A stretch of DNA of 64,000 bases from Candidatus Dojkabacteria bacterium (GTDB lineage: Bacteria; Patescibacteriota; Dojkabacteria; J137). How positions within the stretch are numbered: the first letter of the stretch is position 1; each line of letters starts with the position of its first letter. The notes under the pieces were generated by a model, which was not told the DNA's origin, made no database searches, and saw only the letters and a program-made list of their open reading frames with translations. The DNA lies in contig JBGSZB010000029.1 in the NCBI GenBank assembly GCA_041750555.1, positions 672-64,671 on the forward strand. The letters are read 5' to 3'. The position numbers and the translations under genes are program-made. This document shows positions 1 to 8,796 of the stretch, piece after piece.

Positions 1-454
1 CATCTCCTCCATATTCTTCTATGTTTACTCCGAAACTTGCTAATTCTGTCTTAATTTTTAAAGTATTTACACCTTTAATATCTATTTTATTTATTGCAAC
101 TATTATTGGAACACCTGCTTTTTTAGCAAATTCTATACTCTCTTTAGTTTGTGGTTGTACTCCATCATCTGCTGCAACAATTAGTAATACAAAATCAGTT
201 ACTCTCGAACCTCGTAACCTCATATTACTAAATGCTTCATGGCCTGGAGTATCTATAAATGTGATTTTAAATCCATTATCTAGTACTACTTCATGAGCTC
301 TTGTATTTTGAGTAATACCACCAGCTTCTCTATCTACGACTCTTGTACCTCTTACTGCATCTAGAAATGAAGTTTTACCATGGTCTACATGTCCCATTAC
401 TGTTACAACTGGTGTCTTTAATTTTATTTCTTTTTTAATATTTTTCTTAGCCAT
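1..454 (-). CDS. infB: Translation initiation factor IF-2, N-terminal part (gene runs off the left edge). The G domain starts at about residue 13
   Basis: Reverse-strand translation from the ATG at 454..452 gives [49 protein letters not shown]...[38 protein letters not shown]...IVAINKID. These are the G1 (GHVDHGKT), G3 (DTPGH) and G4 (NKID) motifs of IF-2. A stop lies just upstream of the Met, so there is no long N-terminal domain. Confidence 0.85.
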   Translation of the reverse strand, partial: MAKKNIKKEIKLKTPVVTVMGHVDHGKTSFLDAVRGTRVVDREAGGITQNTRAHEVVLDNGFKITFIDTPGHEAFSNMRLRGSRVTDFVLLIVAADDGVQPQTKESIEFAKKAGVPIIVAINKIDIKGVNTLKIKTELASFGVNIEEYGGD

Positions 455-589
455 TAGCTTTAGTTATTAATTAGTCATGTGATTTTAACATAATAGTGGA
501 TATACTTTTAGTGATTAATGAGACAGTAGTTAGTTTTGTAATCCTATATTAAATTTGATATCATCAGAAATATTTAATCAAACATATTT

Positions 590-1324
590 ATGAATCAGGA
601 ACAACCAATGCAAACAACTCAAAAAAGTAATGGAGTGTCACTTCCAGTTTTAGTAATAGCTCTATTTCTAACAGTTCTAGTATCTATAGGTGCTACATTA
701 TTAGTAGTTAATCTTTTAAATACTCAAGGTCAAAGTACTAATACAAGTAGTAATAACAGTAATACTGATAGTAACTCTGATCAAATTATTGATAACGATG
801 GGGTCGTAGCAGATGAAACAGCTAACTGGAAAACATATACAAATAATTCATATACTTTAAAATATCCTAGTGATTGGAGTGTAGAAACATTAGTACCTAA
901 TCAAAGTATATATGCATCACAAAATGGATTTGAAGAGCCTTATCCTAAATTTACTTCACCTAGTGGAGAGAATAAATTTATGATAGCCCCACAAAGTTAT
1001 TTAAGTTATGGTTTTGCAGGTAATCAGGAATTTGAGAATACTAATATCTCAGTTAAATTAAAAGATGAAACAGTTACTTTAGTTGAGAAAAAATATTTAG
1101 AAGATGACTTTATGGTATTTATCGTTGGAGAAGTTAGTGAAATATACACTGTAACTGATGAATTCCAAGCTACATGTCCTGAGTGTACATCCCAACTTAA
1201 TTTTGAAATTCACTTTGGTAATACTTACCCTATTCACGCTCAAGAAAGTGGAAGAAGTGAAACTGTATACAATACTGAAAAAGAAGTGTTCTTAAAGATA
1301 ATAAGTACTTTAGAGTTTAAGTAA
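590..1324 (+). CDS. Hypothetical membrane-anchored/secreted protein with an N-terminal TM helix and a Ser/Asn-rich linker
   Basis: 244-aa ORF. Hydrophobic segment VSLPVLVIALFLTVLVSIGATLLVV near the N-terminus, followed by the low-complexity stretch TNTSSNNSNTDSNSD. No recognisable catalytic motif. Confidence 0.55.
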   Translation: MNQEQPMQTTQKSNGVSLPVLVIALFLTVLVSIGATLLVVNLLNTQGQSTNTSSNNSNTDSNSDQIIDNDGVVADETANWKTYTNNSYTLKYPSDWSVETLVPNQSIYASQNGFEEPYPKFTSPSGENKFMIAPQSYLSYGFAGNQEFENTNISVKLKDETVTLVEKKYLEDDFMVFIVGEVSEIYTVTDEFQATCPECTSQLNFEIHFGNTYPIHAQESGRSETVYNTEKEVFLKIISTLEFK

Positions 1325-1343
1325 AAATAGGAAATTAAAAGAA

Positions 1344-1377
1344 AAGGTTAAGGGATAATATCTCTTAACCTTTTTTA
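1344..1377 (+). terminator. Rho-independent terminator, bidirectional, between convergent genes
   Basis: Inverted repeat aaggttaag (1344-1352) / cttaacctt (1364-1372) with an 11-nt loop, followed by tttt. It lies 20 nt after the stop of the 590..1324 ORF. Confidence 0.55.
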
Positions 1378-1401
1378 ATACCTAAACCAGTATTTAAATA
1401 T

Positions 1402-1719
1402 TTAACAAATATACTTAGGAATAAACTCATATTCCATACTTATAGCGACAATTACATTAACTAATATAACAACTAAAAGAAATAATAAGATAGATCCTAA
1501 TATCATTAAAATTTTCTTAAAAATACTAGCTTTAATAAAATAGTTTCTAAATATAAATATAGGAATAATAATACCTATAACAAGCCCAAATAAGATACTT
1601 AATGTAAAAATAGTTTCATTATTAGTAATAAAATTAAGAAAACCTACAATATAAGAAGGGATTGTTGGTTCTTGAGGATCACATCCTATTGAAGGTAAGT
1701 AAAGATTTAATTGTCCCAT
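1402..1719 (-). CDS. Small hypothetical integral membrane protein
   Basis: 105-aa ORF with two to three hydrophobic helices. No motif recognised. Confidence 0.35.
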   Translation of the reverse strand: MGQLNLYLPSIGCDPQEPTIPSYIVGFLNFITNNETIFTLSILFGLVIGIIIPIFIFRNYFIKASIFKKILMILGSILLFLLVVILVNVIVAISMEYEFIPKYIC

Positions 1720-1790
1720 AAGTTATTTAAAATTACTTCTCTTATATAAAATACCTAATAAATAATATATTAATCCTTTAAACTAGTAAA

Positions 1791-2114
1791 TTAACAATAA
1801 TTAGGTTCAGCAATACCAGAAAGTGGGTTAAATAATATTCTTAAAGCAAAATATACAACCACAAGAATTAAAACTGTAATTCCAATAAATATAACTTTTA
1901 GCAAATTTCTTCTCCTAGGATACCTTTTAATTAACTTTTTAATAAAATAGTAGTTAATTAATGAGAGAATAAAAATAGTAAATAAAGAGATAAGAGTTCC
2001 TACTATTAAATAAGGGTTTCTGAAATAATCCTGTATAGAGTCTAAGATCCCCTCTGTAAATGTTGGTCTTGGAGTACACTCAGTATTTAAAAGTTCTAAA
2101 AGCTCATTATTCAT
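1791..2114 (-). CDS. Small hypothetical integral membrane protein
   Basis: 107-aa ORF with two hydrophobic helices and a basic loop (KRYPRRRN). Confidence 0.35.
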   Translation of the reverse strand: MNNELLELLNTECTPRPTFTEGILDSIQDYFRNPYLIVGTLISLFTIFILSLINYYFIKKLIKRYPRRRNLLKVIFIGITVLILVVVYFALRILFNPLSGIAEPNYC

Positions 2115-2123
2115 AAAAGATAT

Positions 2124-4373
2124 TTAATTAATATTACCCAACATCTCTAACACCTTAATCTCATAACTATTAGATTCACTAAACTTCTTAGATGCCACCT
2201 TTAATGTATATCTAAGTGATTCATCACTCTCTAATGTATTAATACCATTAACTATACTTTCAACTGATTCATCCTTAATTTTAAATACTTCATCATCAAA
2301 CTCTTGAAACATATTAATATCAGTTACAATTGTAGTTGCATTAGATGCTAGAGCTTTTCTAACAGAGGCAGAACTCGATTCCCCTACTTCAGAATAATTA
2401 AAGATAATGTAATCACTTAGAGATAATAGTATTTCAATTTGATCATCATTTAAGAATTGTTTAATAAAGGTTACATTAGTTTCTAAATTATTCTTTTTAA
2501 TAATACTTAAACACTCATTATATATACCCTGAGAAAATATATTATTAGAACTCACAGCACTTAGAGCTAATAAATGAATATTCTTATACTTCTCTTTAAG
2601 AACTGATATAGCTTTAATAACATTTGGAATATTTTTGTTTTTATTCAATAACCCATGGACTGCAATAATAGGGTTAAAGTCATTAAAACCTAATTGTTCT
2701 TTAAGAACATTTTTATCTCTTTTTTTAAATACAACAGTAGGTAATTCAAATAATACTAAGTTATTTAAACTATCATTAGCATAGTCATAATCATTCTTGT
2801 TATGAATAAATACTAAATCACAAGCTTTTAATTGTTTAATCTCTTTAATAAAGTCAAAAGATGGTCCTCTTACTGCATGTAGTGTTAAATATACTTTAAT
2901 ATTAAGTTTCTTTAATTTAGAAATTAAGTTATCTAGAGAACTAGGAGAGAACATTGTTCCAGAGTGATATTGAATATGAAATATATTAATATCCCTTTCT
3001 TTAACAAAATTTAAAACCTCTTTAAATTCACTCTCTCCACTTCTCCATAACCTTAAAACGTTCTCTCTATCTCTACTTGATCTATCTGCAATATCGTTAT
3101 TTGAGATATAGTAGAATTCATTAAAACTTTTTTCAACAGATTTATATAAATCCTCAGTATAGTCTGCTATACCTGTTTCATCATTTAGAAATGATAATAC
3201 AGCATATTTTTTATTCTTTAATTCTTGCAGTGGTTTAACGTTTTCTATAAAGCCCGTTGCTCTCTCTGCAATATTCTCCCATTTAAAATCAAGAGAGGTA
3301 TCATATGCTCTTTTAACTTTGTTTTGCATCTCTTCAATATCGTTATTCACTTTCCCTAACTTTTCATCTAACTTAAGCTTATACAGTTTAAGCATGTAAG
3401 TTTTTAATTGATTAATATCAGGTTCTGCCCAAAGGGATCCTAAATTAGCAAATTCAGAAGCTTTTGCATATTCAAGAGTGTAATTTAATAAATAACTATT
3501 GTCTTCGTTGATAAACTCTTTAAATCCACTGTAATTAGTTACAATTAAAGGCTTTTTAAAATACATTGCCTCTAATGCGGGTAATCCAAAACCTTCGGCT
3601 CTTGATGGGTATAGAGCTATATCTATAGTATTAGTTAAATTTGCAATCTCTTCTTCTTTTAAATCTTGGGTAATTATTTCAACTTCTGGTGAATTTTTCT
3701 TTTGTAATGAGTTTATTATTTCATTAATATTGTTATCAGGACCCTCTTTAGTCTTAATAACTAAAACACAGTCATCACTATCTTTAAAGTTTTCAAAATA
3801 TGTCTTTAATATCAAATCTACTCCTTTTCTTTTTTTAGCTGTACTGTTATGGAAGAATTTAATACTTTTCTTACTTTTTAATGGATAATCTTTTAAATTT
3901 AAATTACGTAATCCATTATCCATTGCAATTGAAGTATTAATTATTGGAACACTTACTCCACTTTTAATTAATATCTCTTTTACAAATTCAGAGATTGTTA
4001 ATACTCCATGAAGATTTTCATTAATTTCATTTACCCAATCACTCGGATAAACACTTTCTTCCCAAGCTACATACATTAATTTTAAAATGCCTGGTAATTG
4101 TTTAAGATTATTTAGTGAAGTAATGCTTTTAGGGAAGTTATTGTATATTACAATATCACAGTTACTAAAGTCTTTTGTAACTATATCTTTTAATTCTTTA
4201 TTCCTCTCTAATTCGGTATCTGTTGGATAATAGTCAATTGATTCTCTATCACAACCTAAATATGCCCTGTATCCGTTATTTAATGAATTTATGCCTAATG
4301 CTAATCCTCTATTTACTTTAGCGTAACTATAGTTGGTAAAGAATGGTCCGTATATTAATATATTTTTATTCAT
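2124..4373 (-). CDS. Two-domain glycosyltransferase, tandem GT4/GT-B modules
   Basis: 749 aa. The first half ends with the GT4 C-domain signature YPSRAEGFGLPALEAMYFKKPLIVTNYSG (EX7E-type). The second half has the Rossmann-like layout of a second GT-B module (HLLALSAV... ASVRKALASNATTIVTDINMFQEF). It sits 53 nt downstream of rpsI and is co-directional with it. Confidence 0.75.
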   Translation of the reverse strand: MNKNILIYGPFFTNYSYAKVNRGLALGINSLNNGYRAYLGCDRESIDYYPTDTELERNKELKDIVTKDFSNCDIVIYNNFPKSITSLNNLKQLPGILKLMYVAWEESVYPSDWVNEINENLHGVLTISEFVKEILIKSGVSVPIINTSIAMDNGLRNLNLKDYPLKSKKSIKFFHNSTAKKRKGVDLILKTYFENFKDSDDCVLVIKTKEGPDNNINEIINSLQKKNSPEVEIITQDLKEEEIANLTNTIDIALYPSRAEGFGLPALEAMYFKKPLIVTNYSGFKEFINEDNSYLLNYTLEYAKASEFANLGSLWAEPDINQLKTYMLKLYKLKLDEKLGKVNNDIEEMQNKVKRAYDTSLDFKWENIAERATGFIENVKPLQELKNKKYAVLSFLNDETGIADYTEDLYKSVEKSFNEFYYISNNDIADRSSRDRENVLRLWRSGESEFKEVLNFVKERDINIFHIQYHSGTMFSPSSLDNLISKLKKLNIKVYLTLHAVRGPSFDFIKEIKQLKACDLVFIHNKNDYDYANDSLNNLVLFELPTVVFKKRDKNVLKEQLGFNDFNPIIAVHGLLNKNKNIPNVIKAISVLKEKYKNIHLLALSAVSSNNIFSQGIYNECLSIIKKNNLETNVTFIKQFLNDDQIEILLSLSDYIIFNYSEVGESSSASVRKALASNATTIVTDINMFQEFDDEVFKIKDESVESIVNGINTLESDESLRYTLKVASKKFSESNSYEIKVLEMLGNIN

Positions 4374-4426
4374 AGATATATGAATATATATTGTTATTTA
4401 TATATCTGTCAAATATATTTGAAATG

Positions 4427-4816
4427 TTATCTCTTAGAGTATTGTTCTGCTTTTCTAGCTTTTCTAAGACCTGGTTTCTTTCTTTCAACCATTCTAGAAT
4501 CTCTAGTTAATAGCAATTGATCTTTAAGAGCTTTCTTCTTATCAGGAAACTTCTTAATAATTGCTCTAGCAATACCTAATGCAAGTGCTTCTAGTTGAGA
4601 ATATCTTCCTCCACCAACTGATTTAGCTGTAAAATGAAAATCCATTGGATTTAAATCCGAAGCTAAGAATGGAGACAATATTTTAGCTTTATCACTTTTA
4701 GATGTATAAATTTGTTCAAATTCTTTTTCATTGAATAAATTTTTACCACTCTCACCGTATAATCTAACTGTAACTACTGATGTTTTTCTTCTTCCTAATG
4801 CGTATGAATACTCCAT
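4427..4816 (-). CDS. rpsI: 30S ribosomal protein S9
   Basis: GGGRYSQLEALALGIARAI ... RDSRMVERKKPGLRKARK...YSKR, the conserved uS9 C-terminus. Confidence 0.95.
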   Translation of the reverse strand: MEYSYALGRRKTSVVTVRLYGESGKNLFNEKEFEQIYTSKSDKAKILSPFLASDLNPMDFHFTAKSVGGGRYSQLEALALGIARAIIKKFPDKKKALKDQLLLTRDSRMVERKKPGLRKARKAEQYSKR

Positions 4817-4817
4817 G

Positions 4818-5264
4818 TTAAATCTTTAAACTTCTAATATTTAAAACTTCAGGGTTTTGAGCCTGATGAGTGTGACTTTCACCTACAAATATTCTTAAGT
4901 TAGCAATCATTTCGCTACCTCTTTTTGTTTTAGGTAACATTCCTTTAACTGCTTTCTCTATTATATATGTTGGATCTTTTTTATATTGATCTCTTAAATT
5001 TAAGTATCTTAATCCTCCTGGAAATCCTGAGTAAAACTTATAGAATTTAGTAATAGCTTTTTTCTCTGTAATATCTAATTTTTCAGAGTTAATCACGATT
5101 ACTTTATTTAATGGTTTTAAATTAGATCTCATTAAAGGATTATTTTTACCTTGTAATACTTCAGATACTACTGAGGCTAATCTTCCGATTTTCATACCTC
5201 TAGCATCTATTAAATACCATTTTTCTAAAATATCCTTTTGTGATACTTGTGTTATGCTTTTCAT
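4818..5264 (-). CDS. rplM: 50S ribosomal protein L13
   Basis: N-terminus KWYLIDARGMKIGRLASVVSEVLQGK matches uL13. It lies 1 nt upstream of rpsI. Confidence 0.95.
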   Translation of the reverse strand: MKSITQVSQKDILEKWYLIDARGMKIGRLASVVSEVLQGKNNPLMRSNLKPLNKVIVINSEKLDITEKKAITKFYKFYSGFPGGLRYLNLRDQYKKDPTYIIEKAVKGMLPKTKRGSEMIANLRIFVGESHTHQAQNPEVLNIRSLKI

Positions 5265-5791
5265 ATATTACTTCCTCTTTTAACTATTGTTTTCTTAACA
5301 GGTGCAGGAGCTTTAGCTACTTTATTAACACCTACTGCCTTTCTTACTTTATTAACTACACTCTTTTCTTTATCAGCTTTCTCTCTTTTTTCTAAAGCTT
5401 TTTGAATATTACTCTTTTTCTCTCTTTCAACTCTATTAACAACCATTACATACATTTGTTCTGAATTATCACCTTTTCTAGGTAGGGTTCTTGCAGAATA
5501 TGCATATCCTGAATTTCTATCGTTAAAGTTGTTTTCAACTAATTTATAGAATTTTGTAATAGCTAAAGTGTTATCACCAAAAAAACTAGAAACTAATCTT
5601 TTTGAATGATCAGTATTCTTTTTTGCTTTAGTAACTAATTTATCAAATTGAGATTTTAATATTCTAGCTCTATTAGGAGTAGTTTTTAATTTCTCATTTC
5701 TAACCAATTCCATAACAAGAGATCTGATAATAGCATCTCTATGATCAGAGGTTTTACCTTGCATTCTTGGTCTTTTAATTCTGTTATACAT
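5261..5791 (-). CDS. rplQ: 50S ribosomal protein L17 with a Lys/Ala-rich C-terminal extension
   Basis: DHRDAIIRSLVMELVRNEKLKTTPNRARILKSQFDKLVTKAKK matches the bL17 core. It is 176 aa against the usual 115-130 aa. Confidence 0.9.
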   Translation of the reverse strand: MYNRIKRPRMQGKTSDHRDAIIRSLVMELVRNEKLKTTPNRARILKSQFDKLVTKAKKNTDHSKRLVSSFFGDNTLAITKFYKLVENNFNDRNSGYAYSARTLPRKGDNSEQMYVMVVNRVEREKKSNIQKALEKREKADKEKSVVNKVRKAVGVNKVAKAPAPVKKTIVKRGSNI

Positions 5792-5793
5792 TC

Positions 5794-6774
5794 TTAAATT
5801 ATCTTAACGTTATATTTTTTTAATATCTCAACTAATTCAACAAAAGATTTATTACCCATTCCTCTAATATTTGATAATTCTTCTTCTGTCATGTTTTCTA
5901 ACTTTCTTAAGTCATCATAACCAGATTTTAATAAAGCATTAGTTAATCTAGTTGATAAATTTAAATCAGAAACCATTATTGGTTGTTTATCTTCTACTGC
6001 CTCAACTGCTTCTTCCTCTTTTTTACTATTTTCTAATTCTTCTTTATGTAACTTAACATTTACTTCATCTCCCTTTAACATCTCTGTACTTAGGTTTAAT
6101 AAATGATCTGTCATTAAATTAATTGTATTTGTTGCAATATTTAATGCTTCTTCAGGAGTTACTGATCCATCAGTCTTTACTAATAACTCTAATTGATCTA
6201 AATCTGTTTCTTTACCAACTCTAGCTGTTGTAACAACATAATTTACTAATGTTACAGGACTAAATGATGCATCTAATGGTAAAAGAGTTAATTCTTTTCT
6301 TAATTCATCTTTTAAGTGTGCGTATCCTACTCCTCTTTCTACTGTAAATTCAGCATTAAATTTTGCTTTTGCAGAAGTTAATTTTGTAATTACATAGTCT
6401 GGATTAACAATATCTACTTTAGGATTCTTTTCAATGTCACTTGCCTTAACTTCAACAACTTGACCCTCTTTACCTTTAACTTCAATTTTTAGGGTTACAG
6501 GTTCTAATACTTTAGATGCTACTACTACATTTTTAATTGATAATAGTACTGCTAAAATATCATCAGGTAATCCTGATAATGTTGAGTATTCATGTTGTAC
6601 TCCATCAATTTTTACAGCAGTTATTGCACTACCTGGGATTGATGTTAATAGGATTCTTCTTAAGAAGTTACCTAATGTATGTCCATACCCTTTTTGAAGA
6701 GGTCCCATTATGAATTTTGTAGATCCATCTTTCTCTTCAATCTTTTTTATATTAAATTCGTTTAAAGCAACCAT
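5794..6774 (-). CDS. rpoA: DNA-directed RNA polymerase alpha subunit
   Basis: 326 aa. The N-terminal dimerisation domain (KGYGHTLGNFLRRILLTSIPGSAITAVKIDGVQHEYSTLSGL) and a C-terminal domain (LNLSTRLTNALLKSGYDDLRKL) are both present. It sits in the canonical position between rpsD and rplQ. Confidence 0.95.
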   Translation of the reverse strand: MVALNEFNIKKIEEKDGSTKFIMGPLQKGYGHTLGNFLRRILLTSIPGSAITAVKIDGVQHEYSTLSGLPDDILAVLLSIKNVVVASKVLEPVTLKIEVKGKEGQVVEVKASDIEKNPKVDIVNPDYVITKLTSAKAKFNAEFTVERGVGYAHLKDELRKELTLLPLDASFSPVTLVNYVVTTARVGKETDLDQLELLVKTDGSVTPEEALNIATNTINLMTDHLLNLSTEMLKGDEVNVKLHKEELENSKKEEEAVEAVEDKQPIMVSDLNLSTRLTNALLKSGYDDLRKLENMTEEELSNIRGMGNKSFVELVEILKKYNVKII

Positions 6775-6804
6775 ATTTTTCTATTAAGAATTAATAAATA
6801 ATTA

Positions 6805-7404
6805 TTATCTAGAGTAAAGTTCAATAATTAACCTTTCTCTGATACTCTGATCCATTTGATCTCTTGTTGGTTCACTAACAACTTTTCCTCCTAAATCTAA
6901 TTCACTTAACCAGCTTGGAACTTTGTTCACTTTATTTTGTTTTTTAATCTCTTCTAAGTAAGCTTTTAATGCTTCTCCAACTACTAATTTAACTTCATCG
7001 CCTGGTTTAACTATTGCAGAAGCTACATTATGTTTTCTACCATTTAATAATATATGTCCATGTGTTACTAATTGTCTTGCTTGTGCTCTTGTTAAGGCAA
7101 AACCTAATCTATATATTACGTTATCTATTCTTAATTCAAGTAATTGTAATAATCTAGTACTAGTGTTTCCTGTAGATTTAGCAGCTAAGTTATAAAATCT
7201 TAAAAATTGTCTCTCTGTCATTCCATACATTCTTTTTACTTTTTGCTTTTCTCTAAATTGCAATGCGTAATCAGATGGTCTCTTTTTTAATATTGGGAAT
7301 TGACCTGGAAGAGATGTTCTTCTTTTCCATTTTTCGCTAGATCCAAGAACAGTTGCTTGTTCTCTTCTATTTATTCTCCATTTTGGTCCTATATATCTAG
7401 ACAT
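6805..7404 (-). CDS. rpsD: 30S ribosomal protein S4
   Basis: [15 protein letters not shown]... [33 protein letters not shown] matches uS4. Confidence 0.95.
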   Translation of the reverse strand: [199 protein letters not shown]

Positions 7405-7423
7405 TTTATATATTAATTAAATA

Positions 7424-7846
7424 TTATTTCTTTGGCATCTTTCTTGGCTTACAACCTCCATGTGGTACTGCTGTATGATCTGCCAATAATGTTACTCTAA
7501 GTCCTGCTATTCTTAATCCTTTAACTGCTGCTTGTCTTCCAACACCTATTCCTTTAATTATTACTTCAGCTTCTCTTGCTCCTGCCTCAACTGCTCTAGT
7601 TGCTGCATCTTCTCCAGCTTTTGTTGCTGCATATGGAGTACTTTTCTTACTTCCAGTAAACCCTACTTTACCGCAACTACTTTGAGATACTACATTTCCT
7701 GAATAATCAGTAATACTAACTATTGTATTGTTGTATGTAGATCTAATTTTAGCTAATACTTTAGGTGAAGCTAATTTTAATTTCTTTTTCTTTTTAACTT
7801 CTACCTTTGCTTTTGGTTTTTCTTTTATATTTGTTGCTTTAGCCAT
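7424..7846 (-). CDS. rpsK: 30S ribosomal protein S11
   Basis: The C-terminal VTLLADHTAVPHGGCKPRKMPK matches the uS11 signature. Confidence 0.95.
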   Translation of the reverse strand: MAKATNIKEKPKAKVEVKKKKKLKLASPKVLAKIRSTYNNTIVSITDYSGNVVSQSSCGKVGFTGSKKSTPYAATKAGEDAATRAVEAGAREAEVIIKGIGVGRQAAVKGLRIAGLRVTLLADHTAVPHGGCKPRKMPKK

Positions 7847-7847
7847 T

Positions 7848-8231
7848 TTATGTCTTTGTTACTTTAACTTTTAATCCTCCAACTGTTGCTCCTCTACCTT
7901 TTCTAGTTTTTGCATTTTTTCTTGTATTTTGACCTCTTACAGGTAAACCTTGTTTATGTCTAATACCTCTATAGTTTCTAATATCTTTTAATCTTTTTAT
8001 TGCTAAAAAGTTTTTTTGTTTAACTTGACCCTCTGTTGGGATATTTTTTTCTATATATTCGTATAATCTTCTAATCTCTGTATCTTGTAACTCTTTAACT
8101 CTAATATCTGGATTGATGTTTGTAGCTAATAATATCTTTTTAGCAGATGATAGCCCTATTCCATAAATATAGGTTAATGCTATTTCTACTCTTTTTTCGT
8201 TTGGTATTTCTACCCCTACTAATCTTGCCAT
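7848..8231 (-). CDS. rpsM: 30S ribosomal protein S13
   Basis: MARLVGVEIPNEKRVEIALTYIYGIG... RGIRHKQGLPVRGQNTRKNAKTRKG matches uS13. Confidence 0.95.
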   Translation of the reverse strand: MARLVGVEIPNEKRVEIALTYIYGIGLSSAKKILLATNINPDIRVKELQDTEIRRLYEYIEKNIPTEGQVKQKNFLAIKRLKDIRNYRGIRHKQGLPVRGQNTRKNAKTRKGRGATVGGLKVKVTKT

Positions 8232-8239
8232 AATTTTAA

Positions 8240-8392
8240 TTATCCTTGCCTTTGTTTATGCTTAGGATTACTTTTACAATAAACATAATATGTAGGTCTA
8301 ACAGTAACTTTACCATTGGTAACCTTTACTTTATTCCTTTTAACGATGTAACAATCTTTACACCTTTTTTTAAGACTTGCTTTTACCTTCAT
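8240..8392 (-). CDS. rpmJ: 50S ribosomal protein L36, an unusual 50-aa form with a 12-aa insertion
   Basis: Not in the ORF track because it is under 60 aa. The reverse translation is [50 protein letters not shown]. Canonical bL36 is about 38 aa (MKVRASVKK.C..C..V.R.G.V.V.C...PKHKQRQG). It occupies the conserved slot between infA and rpsM. Confidence 0.8.
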   Translation of the reverse strand: MKVKASLKKRCKDCYIVKRNKVKVTNGKVTVRPTYYVYCKSNPKHKQRQG

Positions 8393-8443
8393 ATTAATCG
8401 GTCATTTATAACAAATTTATTTTTTTTAGTCAAAGAACAATTT

Positions 8444-8701
8444 CTAAGAAACTGGTCTAAATTTTCTTTCTGTTAATCTTCTAGTTATTATACCTTTATT
8501 AATATCATCTAGGGAGATTAATATTCTTACTTGATCTCCTACTTCTAAAGAAATAAACCTTGTCTTCATTTTGCCAGATACATGGCAGTTTACAACATGT
8601 TTAATCCCTTTATATTCAACCTCTACAAGGAATCTTAATTCTGGAAGAGCTTCAGTTACTTTACCTTCAATCTCAAAAAATCTCCCTTTATTATTAGACA
8701 T
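8444..8701 (-). CDS. infA: Translation initiation factor IF-1
   Basis: GKVTEALPELRFLVEVEYKGIKHVVNCHVSGKMKTRFISLEVGDQVRI matches the IF-1 S1-like fold. Confidence 0.95.
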   Translation of the reverse strand: MSNNKGRFFEIEGKVTEALPELRFLVEVEYKGIKHVVNCHVSGKMKTRFISLEVGDQVRILISLDDINKGIITRRLTERKFRPVS

Positions 8702-8796
8702 AGCCTTGTTACATTGATATTAATAAGTTACCTAACTGTTTTTAGGCTTAGAATTTTAACAAATAAAGTTTTATTTTACAATTACTATTGTGATTA

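Noticed and set aside
8246-8476. Plus-strand 76-aa ORF across the rpmJ/infA region
   Set aside because: It is antisense to the conserved rpmJ gene and the infA upstream region. Its composition is typical of a spurious AT-rich antisense ORF.
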